Source: Salpingoeca rosetta
Taxonomy: Eukaryota; Protista; Choanoflagellata
Assembly (NCBI GenBank): GCA_033442325.1
Contig: JAWQFM010000013.1
Coordinates: forward strand, 526,070-590,069
DNA: 64,000 bases
Direction: 5' to 3'
Below are positions 50,209 to 64,000 of this stretch, piece by piece. Each line of letters starts with the position of its first letter. Within the stretch, counting starts at the first letter, position 1. Made by a program: the position numbers and the translations under genes. The notes under the pieces are model-generated. The model was not told where the DNA came from and did not search any database. It worked only from the letters and a program-made list of their open reading frames with translations.

Positions 50209-51247
50209 ACAGCAGCAGCTGCTTCAGCAGTCGGGGGTGCAGGCCCATCGCCCACGCAAGCCGTCAGACACGTTTGACGAGACACTGCGCAGCTTGATGG
50301 CGGCAACGAAGAACCACAGCGTCCCACCAAGCCAGCTGCAGCCCCAGCCCATGCCTGCAGCCCACGCCTCAACAACGTCCGCCCCCTTCACGACAAGCGT
50401 GTACAGCGCACCCACAACGACAGGAGCATCGACGACAGGACGCGGCCCCGCTGCCAAGCGCGGCAAGATCACGGACCTCGACGGGACGACCGCTGCGAGC
50501 ACATACGCGCTCGGCGCCGACTTCAAGCCCCTGCCCATGAACGTGGACAAGGACACCAGCACCGACAGCAGGCAGAAGGGCAAGGCGAAGGCGGCGACAG
50601 GTGGCACGCGGCGTGTCACGCGATCATCAACACGCCGGGCCACGCGCGCAGCAGGGCGCGGTGCTACTGCTGCTACCACCAGCAGCGATGGCGGCACAAC
50701 GTCGGCATCATCCAGCGCCACATCGTCACCGGCCACCACGCGGCGCCGGCGGCCAACAGGCGCTGCTGGTGCCGGTGGCGCGAAGAAGCGGGGAGGCGCA
50801 CGCAGGAAGCGTGCCTCTGTGAGCAGCGCAGAGGACAGCGATGGCGAGTGGAAGTACAAGCACGTGGAGGTGTTTGAGTCTGATGCCGCCGGCAACATCC
50901 GCGGCAAGTCGCTGACGCCGGAGGAAGAGCAGCGACTACGTGACCAGCTCACGTTTGAAGAAAAGAAGTTGGCGGACATGGCGCCGCGATTGGAGGCCAT
51001 GTCGCCGAAGGACCGCAAGAAGGTGCGCAACAGGCAGGCGTCGTGCGTGTCCCGCCTGCGCAAGAAGCTGTTCATCTGGGACCTGCAGAAGAACTACATG
51101 CAGGCGACCAAGGACCTTGAGCACACGCGGCACGTGCTTGCGCAGCGAGATGCGGAGGTGGAGCGGCTACGCACCCGTGTTCGCCAGCTGGAGCAGTCGC
51201 AGCAGCAGCAGTCTGTCGCCGCACACCTCTTCCCCTCCCACCAATGA
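49604..51247 (+). CDS. bZIP transcription factor, apparently a single coding exon
   Basis: Uninterrupted ORF. Basic region RKKVRNRQASCVSRLRKKLFIWDL has canonical N-x7-R-x9-L spacing, followed by a coiled coil. First ATG is at 49604; the frame is open further upstream. Confidence 0.88.
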
Positions 51248-52460
51248 TCCCCTGATCTCTGACTCTGATGATTTGGTGATGACTGAGTGATTGATGGAGT
51301 GATTGATGGTGGTTGGCGGTTCTGCATGGGTGTCCGCTACTGCTGGCGATAACGACCACCACCACGGTGGCTGATGGCCGATGCCTGATGATGGCTTGTT
51401 CATCAGCTTGCCATTGTTCTCCGCTACCCATTGTGACCCATTGTTCTTCCTCATTCAGTCATTCATCAACGTTGGGGGTGCCTCCTCCTCCTCCTCCTCC
51501 TCCTCCTCCTGCTGCTGCTGCTGTCGTATTCTACCTCGTGCGTGATGCGCCTGCGCCTTACGTGTTGCGCGTCGCCGCTTCGTCCACGTTCATGCCTACC
51601 ATCATACCATGGACCGTATTCTGGCTTGGCTCGCTTCTTCCTGTTGCATCACACTTGCTTGTTTGCCTATCTGCCTGTTCCTTGCCATTTTGCTTGCACG
51701 CACTTGCATGCGTGCTTTGCTTGTCGTGTCCCCTTTCTTATGCTGTCTTGAGACGCTTTAACTGGATCCCAACTTCCCTACTTGCCCGTTCGCCGCTGTG
51801 TAACCGTCCTTTCCCTTTGTGTTATCCTCTCCCTGGTTTTCTCTTTGACAATACTTGCGTGATTGCTAGTTGGTGCCTTATCGCCGTCACATCGCGACAG
51901 CACAGCAATGCCAGCGTGCGTGGTGATGTGCGTGCCATGTTGCAGATGCTCATATATCTTTATCTTCTCCTTGCCTGTACCCGTGATGTGGGGAAATGTG
52001 TGCTATGCTCTTCTTATGTCTCTCCTCGCGTGTGTTTGCCACACTTTGTGTGTGCGTGTGCGTGACACTGGGCGTATTCTTGTTCCCTACGAGCGAGCGA
52101 GCGAGCACTGCTCCCCCCACCACCATCTGCACCTTGTCTGACCTCTCGAATAGACGACATCATCAGAATCTGCAAGTCGCGAACGAGTGATTGTGTGTGT
52201 GTGTGTGTGTGTGGGTGTGTGTGTGTGGGTGTGTGTGTGTGTGTGTGTGTGTGCGTCGCTCTTGCAGCTCAACACACGTGGACATCATCACATGATCAGA
52301 GGGACTGAGACATAAAATGTGAGCTGGTGTTGGTGTAACATAACGCGGGATCAACAGCAGCAGGGGCCAGCGCTCAAAACATGGAATTGAATAGACAAGC
52401 TGTGGACGATGTACTGACTGACCGACCGACATGTGGAACGGCCACGGCCACAAATGCTAA

Positions 52461-52523
<63 letters not shown>

Positions 52524-52617
52524 AACAAACACACACACACACACAGACACACAAACACACACACAAACACACACACACACAAGAGGGCAAATAATCCAGC
52601 AACAACATGGTTCATGT

Positions 52618-54312
<1,695 letters not shown>

Positions 54313-54703
54313 GGTGACGGTGACGCCAATGACACGCTTGCTTGCTAACTTCCACCTCGCTCGCTCGCAACCAAACCAACAACTCCACAACACGACTTCG
54401 CTTCTGCTCCTCCCTCCTTGCTTTCTTTCTCTCGGTTTTTCGGCTTGTTGTAGAAACTTGGCGAATAACATCCATGAAAACCCAAACAGCGGACGCCAAA
54501 CCGTTTTGTTGTGTTGTGCAGAGAAAAGAAGCAGCAGCAGCAGGGAAAGTGTGCAGGCAGGAAACAAACCACACACAACAACACGCACACACGCACGCAC
54601 ACGCACACACACCCCACTCCAAGCAAGCAGCAGCCACTGCTGTGTTGAGAGCATCCCACCCGCCACGGCGACACGGCAGCTGCCTTGCAGGATAGGAGCA
54701 GAG

Positions 54704-55274
54704 ATGACGGCGAGGAGGGCGAGATCTGAGAGAGCCGCAAAGCAGCGCGCAAAGGTGAAGCTGAGCAGCGCCTCCACAGGACAAGCAGCCTCTCAATCAC
54801 AGCGCCACAGCAACACTGCGGCTGCGAGGAAAAGTGCCAACAGTAGCAGCAGCAGTGCCCGTAACACACCAAGCAACAGCAGACCGGTGTCACCAAACAA
54901 GAAACGCACAGCTCGCTCAGCCTCAGCCACATCACAGAAGCCAGCAACAGCAGCAACAGCAACAACAAAAGAGAGGGCCGGCAAATCACGCAACAAGGCA
55001 GCAGCCGCAGCATCATCTGCAACAGCCACTGATGGGGGCCTGAGACGAACCCGACGTGGAATCGGTGGCGCTGCAGCGACCATTTCGAAGCGTGGACAGC
55101 AGCATCGACCGCCTGTCCCCGCCTCGGAGTTTGGTGTCATCAACTGCCCTCACATCACAAGGTGTGTAGCCTGCAAGCTGCGAGAGAGAAGGGTGAGAGA
55201 GTGTATGCGTTTGTGTGTGCAACACAGAGGAGTCTTGACATTGATCACGTCTCAAGTGTAATGTAACACAGCAA

Positions 55275-55365
<91 letters not shown>

Positions 55366-55965
55366 TCCTCGTTTTGTCCGGTCTGATCGTGTTTGGCTTG
55401 TGTCATTGACAGCACCAAGTATCCCATTCTGCCTCCAAAGACAGTGGAGGCCATTGTCAACCCAAGAAACTGGATGTGTGGTACGTGTCAACAGCATCAT
55501 TTGGCCTTGGATTGCAGCACATCTGCTCACGTCTGACAAACAGGCGCAGATACACACCTACACGAACCCAACCAGTGCACAAACACACACACACACACAC
55601 ACTCTCTCTCTGTTTTCTTGTGTTTGGTGGCTACAGCTTACCCACTTGTGTTTGTGCGGGATGCAGATGTGTGTGGGACGACCGACGGGGTGTGGGCTTG
55701 TCTACACTGCCCATCGTTTGCGTGTGGTCGCCAGCAGAGCAAGCACGCCCTGGATCATCACCACAAAACAGGGCACGCGCTTGTCATTGACATCTGCTCC
55801 CAATACGTCCACTGGTGAGTATTGACAAGCAAGCCTCTCGCTTGGTGCTGATCGAGTCAGCAGCAATGTCGTTGGTGTCATCTGCATCGCACACATGGCC
55901 ACATACATCTCTGACACAACAGCACACGCATGTTCTGTGCTCACATCCAATGCCCCCCCCCCCTG

Positions 55966-56044
<79 letters not shown>

Positions 56045-56048
56045 ACGC

Positions 56049-56133
<85 letters not shown>

Positions 56134-58648
56134 GCTATGCGTGCGAGGATTGGGTGGTCGCTGACGACAGCTTTGAGGACCTTGCACATCTTCGCGAGCG
56201 CCTGAGCACGATCCAGAACCACGCTGCCCCGCCCTCCGTCACTCGTAGTGGCCGCGTTATCCGCGCCGCCAGCCCGACAGAGGACACCCCGATTGAGGTG
56301 AGGCGCCCGTCTTGCCAACATTGCGTCGCTCGCTGTTTCTGCCCCTGAAGGACTGCTGCATGAGAGCGCCTTCCGTCTTCTGCATGATCTATTCTGCGCT
56401 GGCTGCCTGTCCCAAACGCACACTCACTCACTCACTCACTCACTCACTCAAACACACACGCACACACACACTGACTTCTGTGTCCACCACCACCACCACC
56501 ACGATGTGTGGCGATGACTGCAGCTGCGGCAGGTTGAGCGGCTGGACCGAATGGACACGGCCCTGCGGCGATGGCGAAACTCAATGCTCCTCTCCGCATT
56601 CCTGGCCTGGCGCGCGTTTGTGCTTGCACGCAAGGACTCGGGCCCGCCAAGCGTCGGCAGCAACAGCGGTGACGACGAACTCACGCGAGGAGTAGAGGGT
56701 GAGGACGAGGAAGGTGATGATGATGATGATGAGGGCGAGGATCAGGAGGAAGAAGCGACCGAGGAGGAGAGGGACGACCAGGACGAGGGCGCTAAAGGGT
56801 CTGGTGAGGAAAGAGAAGAGCGGCTTCGATCGCAACGACAGCGGCGTCTTGTTGATGGCTCCACAAGGGATGAGCAGCAGCAGCAGCAGCGACAAGAGGG
56901 CACAGGCCATGGTGATGGTGGTGAAGAGGGCGGTGAAGAGGGCGGTGAAGACGAGGAGCACGAGGAAATGCCGTGGGCACGGGAAAGCGTGCCCAGCAGC
57001 CACGCCTGTGCCGACGAGAACGTGTTTGTGGGGCTGGGCATGGCCAGGCGTGCCGCTGGTGATGAGGATCACGGCGCTGCACAAAAACGACGAAAAGGTG
57101 GTGCTGCCAATAGCACGCCTACACAAAGGACGGTACCTAGAGTTAGGACACGATCGCCTCTGAAGCGCCGGAACAGCACACTGCAGGCGGCAGTGGCGCA
57201 GCTGCTGTCACACCCGCGCCGCAAGAAGGGTGCAGAGACCACCGCAAAGAACGTGCGTTGGCGTGCAAAGTGCATTTGTGCTGTGCTGATTTGTTTGTTG
57301 TGTGTGCATGTGTTGGTGTTGATTGAGGGCAGTGAAGCGAATTGCGTGTGTGTGTGTCTGCTGAGTGTACCATCCTCACTCTTTCCAACACACACACTCT
57401 CTCATACACACACTCATACATACACACACACGCACGCACATACCACGCACATTCACTGCCACGTGTTTGCTTGGTGTCTGCAGCTTGCGGCACTGCGGCG
57501 GATGAAGATGGTGGTTGAGCCGGGCATGTCAGGACTGCGCAACCTTGGCCAGACCTGCTACATGAACGCAGTCCTCCAGGTATCACGCGGACACAGACGT
57601 ATGGGATCCGGCACACATCCGGAGGCGTGTGTGTGTGTTGATGTGAAGCGTATGCATGTGTGTGTGTGTGTTGCTGTGATGTGTATGGGTCTATGCAAGT
57701 GCACCTTTGTCTTTCTTCACCTCTGTGTCTCTGCCTCTATGCCCACGCACACAAACCAAACCAAACAAAAAAACCCCAACAAACAAACTCACAAACGTGC
57801 GCGCCTTCCATCTGCAGGTGCTGTCGCACATTGCCATCTACCGGCTGTCGCTGTATGACCTCGGCAAGCGCGGGCTGCTGCTCCTTCTCGACAACAAGAT
57901 GGCGTCGCGCCGCGCCAGCAACGCAGGCAGCGGCAGTGATGACAACCCAGGTGCTCACCACCACCAGCATCAACAGCAGCAGCAGCAGCAGCAACAACAA
58001 CAAAACGAGCAGCATCAGCAACAGCAGCATGAGCAGCAGCGCAGCAACAACGCTGACAGTTTGAGCATAGCTGCGTCGTCACTGTCCAATGCAGATGCAG
58101 CAGCAACAAATGGAACTCCAACATCCCAATCATCGTCATCATCGTCGTCGTCGTCACAGGCACAGTCGTTGCCGCACGCACCTCCACCGCCTTTGTCCAC
58201 GGATGCAACAGCAGTGAAGGAGGAGGATGATGGTGGCAGTGGTGGTGGTGGTCATGGCCAAGCAGCAGATGGGGCTGTGCGCGTGCGTGGCGGGAGCGAA
58301 GCAGACTCAACAGCAATATCGCCAAATGCGCGCATTGGGAGCTCGACCAACGCGGCGGCACCACCGCCATCAGCAACGACAGCAACAACAACGACGACAA
58401 CGACAGCAGCAGCAGCAGCAACATCTTCTTCCTCTAGCGGTGGTCGTCGTGCTGTGTCGTCGTCGTCGTCGGCATCACAGTCGCAGTCGCAGTCACCGTC
58501 ACCGACGCGTTCTCCAGGTGCACAGCGCGCCTTCTTTGAGCGTCGCATGGGGGCGTTGTCTCGGCAGTCCACGACAGAGTGTTTCACCTACTTGGAAACG
58601 CCCCTGCCGGGCATGACGTCATACCTGCGATCACGCACCCGTGGTATG

Positions 58649-58690
<42 letters not shown>

Positions 58691-60472
58691 GCGTGAGTGT
58701 GTGCGTGTGCGTGAGTGTGTGCGCGTGTGTGTGCGTGTGCTGCTGCTGCTGTAGAGCGCGGCTTCTCTCATCCCATGTCGTATGGCTGCCAGCTTTCTCA
58801 CCATCACCATCACCATCACCATCACCATCACCATCACCATCACCATCACCACTCACGTGGCGCGACAACAGCGCGGTCGCAGCTGCCGGCGTCGGCAGCG
58901 GCAATGCGGGTGACGCACCTGCTTGAATCGCTCTTCCGCGTGCTGTGGTCCGGAAAGTGGGCGGTGCTCACCCCGGCCGCTATCCTTGGATATGTGTGGC
59001 GGATAGCGCCGGCATTCCGCGGGTACCGGCAGCAGGACGCGCAGGAGCTGCTGCTGCTGTTGGAGGACGCTGTGCTGAGCGATCTGGCGAGCGTCGAGAA
59101 GCGCCTGAAGCACGTGGCGCCGCCGCCCGCGTCGCTGTTTATCCTGCGCAGTGCACTGCAGGGCCAGTTGCAGACGACCGTGCAGTGCACCACCTGTGGC
59201 CGCGAGTCCACGACGCAGCAGCCGTTTGCATATCTGCCCATCGACGTGCCGGCCGACTGTGCCGGCGGTCGCAGCGGTCGTCGGCGTACGCGCGCCGCCA
59301 CACGCGCGCAGACACGCAATGGTGGTGGTGGTGGTGGTGGTGGTGGTTCGGACGCGAGCAGCACTGGGCGCACATCACCTGCATCATCATCATCATCATC
59401 ACCAACCTCATCGTCGTCGTCTGGGGGAAAAGCGTTTGAGCTGGGCCCACTACTGTCACGGTTCTTCGCTGCGGAGCGGCTGGACGGGGTGTACAAGTGC
59501 GACGCGTGCTCACCCGTGCCGACACAGCCAAGCAAGCGCGCAAAGCGAAGCATTGCACGCGCCAAGCGCCAGGCTGGCGGCAGTACTGGCAGCGTTGGTG
59601 GTGATGGTGGTGATGGCCGTGAAGGTGAGGAGGTTGGTGATGCTACTGCTGCTGGCACTGGGGCGCAGCAACAACAACAGCAGCAGCAGCAGCGAGCGCG
59701 AGGGCGGCGGGCGTCTGATGTGTCGGGGGACGTGAAGCGGCCGAGACGGCGACACAGCCGAGCGTCGACTCGCCTCAGCACCACCGATGATGGTGATGGT
59801 GATGGCGATGGCGATGGTGATGGTGGTCGCAGCAAGAATAACAACAGCAGCAATAGTAGCAGCAACGGCAACACGGGGAGTGGAGTGGGTAGAGAACAGA
59901 GCGCGCCGTCGCAAGCGCACTTCCAGGCGCTATCACAACCGTCATCATCATCATTATCATTGTCATCATCGTCACCGTCCATGCCATCGTCGTCCTCATC
60001 GTTGTCGTATGTGCTGCGGTCGGCCATCAAGTCAACAGCAGTGTCCACGCTGCCGAGCGTGCTCAAGATCCACCTCAAGCGCTTCTGCTGGGAGGGAACA
60101 CAGCGATGCAAGCTGCAGCACCACGTGGCGTGCCCCCTAACCCTGGATATGGAGAGCTACTGCGCGCCCGGGTGCGTTGTTGACGCTGACGGCCGGTTTG
60201 GAGAGACGGTGTATGACCTGGCTGCTGTGATCACGCACGAGGGGCGCGACTTGAATGCGGGCCACTACAAGTGCTACTGCAACCTGCGCGGATCTGCACA
60301 GCACTCTGATCGGTGGATTCTTGCCAACGACGCGCGCGTGCGCATTGTCTCTGTGGATGAGGTGTTGTCTGCACAGGTGTATGTTGCGTTTTACGTGCAC
60401 CGTGCAGTCACCGATTACGTCTCTGATTTCCTGCACGTGTATCCCGACACCCCGCTTGTTCCACACCACTGA
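54704..60472 (+). CDS. Ubiquitin-specific protease with ZnF-UBP, USP44/USP49-like
   Basis: ZnF-UBP ([27 protein letters not shown]), Cys box [42 protein letters not shown], His box [11 protein letters not shown], and NDARV. Confidence 0.92.
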
Positions 60473-60865
60473 TGTGTTTTGACAAGGACATGCACATGTG
60501 TTAGTTTGTGTGTTTGTGTGTGTGTGTGTTTGTGTGTGTGTTTGTGTGTTTGTGTGTGCTTGTGTGTGTGTGTTTGTGTGTTTGTGTGTGTGTGATACAC
60601 GTGTGCGTGTCAGTACTGGTCTTACATCGTACTTAGCTCGCAGCCAGGCCAATATATGCCATTGGGACCCCATCGAAAAGCAGCAGCCAAGCAAAACAAC
60701 GGAGACCAATCATCCACAACAAAGGGCACAGACAAGGCGCGCGCTCACTTTGAACAAACCCCACGAACATGCCATGGACGCAACAAAGCAGAGCAACAAC
60801 AAACGCGGAACAACACTGGATACAGCACAGTGCAATATCAAAGTCAAGAAGGTGTGAAGCACGCG

Positions 60866-61164
60866 CTACTGTGCTGTACGGCGGGGAATCCGCCGGGAAA
60901 CATAGCTAAGGATGGCTTCGTCCAACACAGGGGACTCCGTGGCAGCTTGCTCGGCGGGGTGAGAGACTAACGAAGAAAAAGCAATGCGATGGGGTGGGTA
61001 ACAAAATAGCAAGCGTGAGTGAGCAGCTGGCACATGTAGACCGTTACATGCATGCAAGCACTGGAAGTCGACAGCAAAGAGCCATTGTGTGTGGAATGGC
61101 ATGTGCGTTGAAATAACCAGCGCATCCACACGTACATGCCCACACACAACACACGCACACACAC

Positions 61165-61208
<44 letters not shown>

Positions 61209-62003
61209 AGACACACACACACACACACACGAAGACACACACACACACACACACAGACATACACACACACACACACATACACACACACACGCGCGCGCGC
61301 ACAAACGAAGACACCCTCCATACACACTCGCACACACACATACACACACATACACACACCTGTGCTGGGGAAGCGGCGAGGCTTGCGCTTGGACGTGAGT
61401 GAGCCCGTTGTGTCAGCTTGGAAGGAGAGGGTCAGCTGAGGGCCCTTGGTCTTACTCTTTGCTTTCTTTTGAGGCGCAGCTTTGCTGACTGTCTGTTGTG
61501 CCTGTGTTCCATCCAAGTATGCCAACACATCCCTAGCCAGTGACCGAGTATGCGCATGCGCGTGCGTGTATGCGAGTGAGTATGTTGCGTGTCAGTCAGT
61601 GAGTATATGTTGCGCGTGTGTGAGCGAGTGAAGCGCGCGCGTGCGTGTGTGCGTGCACGGGTGTGCATTGGAGAAAGGGGAGTACAGTGTGGCTGTGCAA
61701 TGGTGGCGTGAGAGCGATGCCACGTGGTGGTGACCCTCCTAGTGACTTGTAGTGTTGCTGTTTGTGGTTCACTGTTGCACATGCACCCTGCTGTCCCCCC
61801 TCCACACATGGTCTGACTGACCCTTTGAGGATGTGTCCGCGGGGCCCAGACGGCGTGATCGCGGAAGGGTCGATGCCGTGCTTGAGAACAAGCTGCTTTA
61901 CAGCAGGCAACAGCGTCTTCTGTTGTGTAGCAGCAGCCACATCACCGCTGAGGCTGGCCGCCGCCGCTCTCATCACCATCAACGCAGCACCACTCGCTCG
62001 CAT
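60866..62003 (-). CDS. Small (~151 aa) protein with a lone peripheral-subunit-binding (E3-binding) domain
   Basis: Exons 62003-61822, 61532-61360 and 60966-60866 join in frame with GT-AG sites. LLPAVKQLVLKHGIDPSAITPSGPRGHILKGDVLAYL is a canonical PSBD. Confidence 0.78.
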
Positions 62004-62007
62004 CTCT

Positions 62008-62106
<99 letters not shown>

Positions 62107-62122
62107 CCAGCGAAACCTGTGC

Positions 62123-62168
62123 GCAACTGAATTCAGTACACTCACCTGTATTGACTGAATTCAGTTGC
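62123..62168. promoter_or_regulatory. 15-bp inverted repeat built from two 12-bp palindromes, in the divergent PSBD/HARS spacer
   Basis: gcaactgaattcagt-N16-actgaattcagttgc; each arm contains the palindrome actgaattcagt. The structure is seen directly; a regulatory role is inferred from position. Confidence 0.5.
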
Positions 62169-62267
62169 TACACAGCGTAACACAGCAGCGGATACGCGTG
62201 CGCACACTTTCCAACAAGACACCACAAGACACCACCACACAACACCCACCATAACAGTCAGCCAGAG

Positions 62268-63208
62268 ATGACGGACAAGGTTGAGGATGTCGGCGCTGCC
62301 GTTGAGCAGCAGTTGAAGGTGGAGGAGAGGCCTGTGGATGCCACGGTAGCAAACAAGGTCGCTGATGCTTCCGAGAAGAAGCCAAAGAAGGAGGGCAAGA
62401 AGAAGAAGAAGAACCAGTTTCTTCTCAAGACACCAAAGGTGTGTGTTCATTGTGTTGTGTGTGTGTGTGTGCGTGTGAGGGGATGGGGTGTGAAGGTACA
62501 CAGTGTGCGTGTGTGTGTGTTTTCTGTTTATGTGCGAGTGCGAGGGTATACAGTGTGCGGGTGTTCTGTTTGTGTGCGAGTGCGAGGGTATACAGTGTGC
62601 ACAAGTGCACATTGTGTGCGAGTTGCATGTTCGTCGTGGACCCCCGGTGTTGATCCTCATTCCACCGCCATTTGTGTCGCATCCAAACATGGCAGGGGAC
62701 GCGCGATTACGGTCCAGAGAAGATGTACATTCGCAACAAGGTGTTTGACACCATTGTTTCTGTGTTCAAGAAGCACGGCGCTGTCAGCATTGAAACCCCT
62801 GTCATGGAGCTCAAGGTAAGCATTTCTCGATGTGTTTGTGGAGGGAGGGAAGAGGACGAGGTGGGGGGGGGGAGGTTTGGAGATGAGGGAAGGCAAGGGG
62901 TAGGGGCAGAGAGAGCAAGAGGAGTTGTGGATTTGGAAGAGCTTGTTTCGTGGCTGCGGGTGGCGTCCTGAGGTTAATATCATCGCAGGGTGTACGTGAG
63001 GGCGTACCTGTGCTTTGTAGCTCATGCATTGGTTCTCTGACACCACCAGGACATTCTCACCGGCAAGTACGGCGAGGACAGCAAGCTCATCTACGATGTA
63101 CGTTTGAACGTGCTTTGCAAGTGCAACAGCCCGCATGTCTGTCTGTCTGTGTGTGTGTGTGTGTGTGTGACTATGTGCTTGCATGTGTATGTGTGTGTGG
63201 CTATGTGC

Positions 63209-63249
<41 letters not shown>

Positions 63250-63573
63250 TCTGCTTCTCTCGTTCCACACATCCCCTGTCTCTCCGTCGATTTGCCTCCC
63301 TCTGCGCGACACGGTGTCAGCTCCACGTCCCAGCGGACCGTGCGTCTCACCACGACGATCGTTGCGTTGCGTGCTGCAGCTTGCGGACCAAGGCGGGGAG
63401 GAGCTTGCCCTGCGCTATGATCTCACCGTCCCCTTTGCTCGTTTCGTCGCACAGAACGGCATCAAGCACATCAAGAGGTGTCATGGATGTATTGTTTTGT
63501 TATTGTGTGTGTTCCTGTGTGTCCCTGTTTGGCTGTCTGTGTATCTGTGTATCTGTGTGTCTCTGTTTGTATT

Positions 63574-63610
<37 letters not shown>

Positions 63611-63755
63611 ACCAAACTCTCACGTGTGCACCCTTGCCCCTCGCAACACTCCCCCCCCCCCTCTCGCCTGCACGGCCAGGTATCACATCGCGCGCGTGTA
63701 CCGCCGCGACAACCCCAAGATGGAGAGCGGCCGATACCGCGAGTTCTACCAATGC
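62268..63755 (+). CDS. HARS: Histidyl-tRNA synthetase, 5' part; continues beyond the window
   Basis: [83 protein letters not shown]. Confidence 0.97.
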
Positions 63756-63909
63756 GTAAGCTCCTCCTCGTCCTGCTGCCGTTGTTACGCACGTGGCGGG
63801 GTTGTTGATTGTGTGTGCGTGTGCGTGCGTGCGTGTGTGCGTGCGTGTGTGTGCGTTGACGATTGTCGCCATGGAAGTAAGCTTCGTTCCCCGTGTTTAC
63901 ACAAACTTG

Positions 63910-64000
<91 letters not shown>

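Noticed and set aside
50224-51075. 283-aa minus-strand ORF over the bZIP gene
   Set aside because: Antisense shadow of GC-rich coding sequence.

Overview
Gene-dense, intron-rich eukaryotic DNA whose introns are filled with (CA)n/(GT)n microsatellites. The gene set (tyrosine kinase, akirin, FAIM, USP44/49, SH3D19, ependymin-like) points to a unicellular holozoan, most likely the choanoflagellate Salpingoeca rosetta (inference, not a database result). Most ORFs in the supplied track are microsatellite artefacts (VCVC/THTH). Splicing exons by hand gives 18 protein-coding genes, many in tight head-to-head pairs: LRRC34-like (partial), TMEM222, RPA32-like, a membrane protein with a filamin repeat, an Amt transporter, a FYVE-SH2-tyrosine kinase, a GAS2-type CH/coiled-coil protein, TSEN34, a tandem-domain ependymin-like protein, a flavin oxidoreductase, akirin, SH3D19-like, RUS1/DUF647, a bZIP factor, FAIM, USP44/49-like, a stand-alone PSBD (E3-binding) mini-protein and HisRS (partial). 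Best leads: (1) an ~80-bp intronic inverted-repeat pair enclosing two exons that total 147 nt (49 codons, 7 heptads); (2) a 151-aa PSBD-only putative 2-oxoacid dehydrogenase adaptor; (3) a single-chain double ependymin domain; (4) a non-RD, DFA tyrosine kinase with FYVE and SH2 domains; (5) unexplained unique inserts inside (GT)n tracts. No rRNA, tRNA, CRISPR or intact transposon ORF was recognised.
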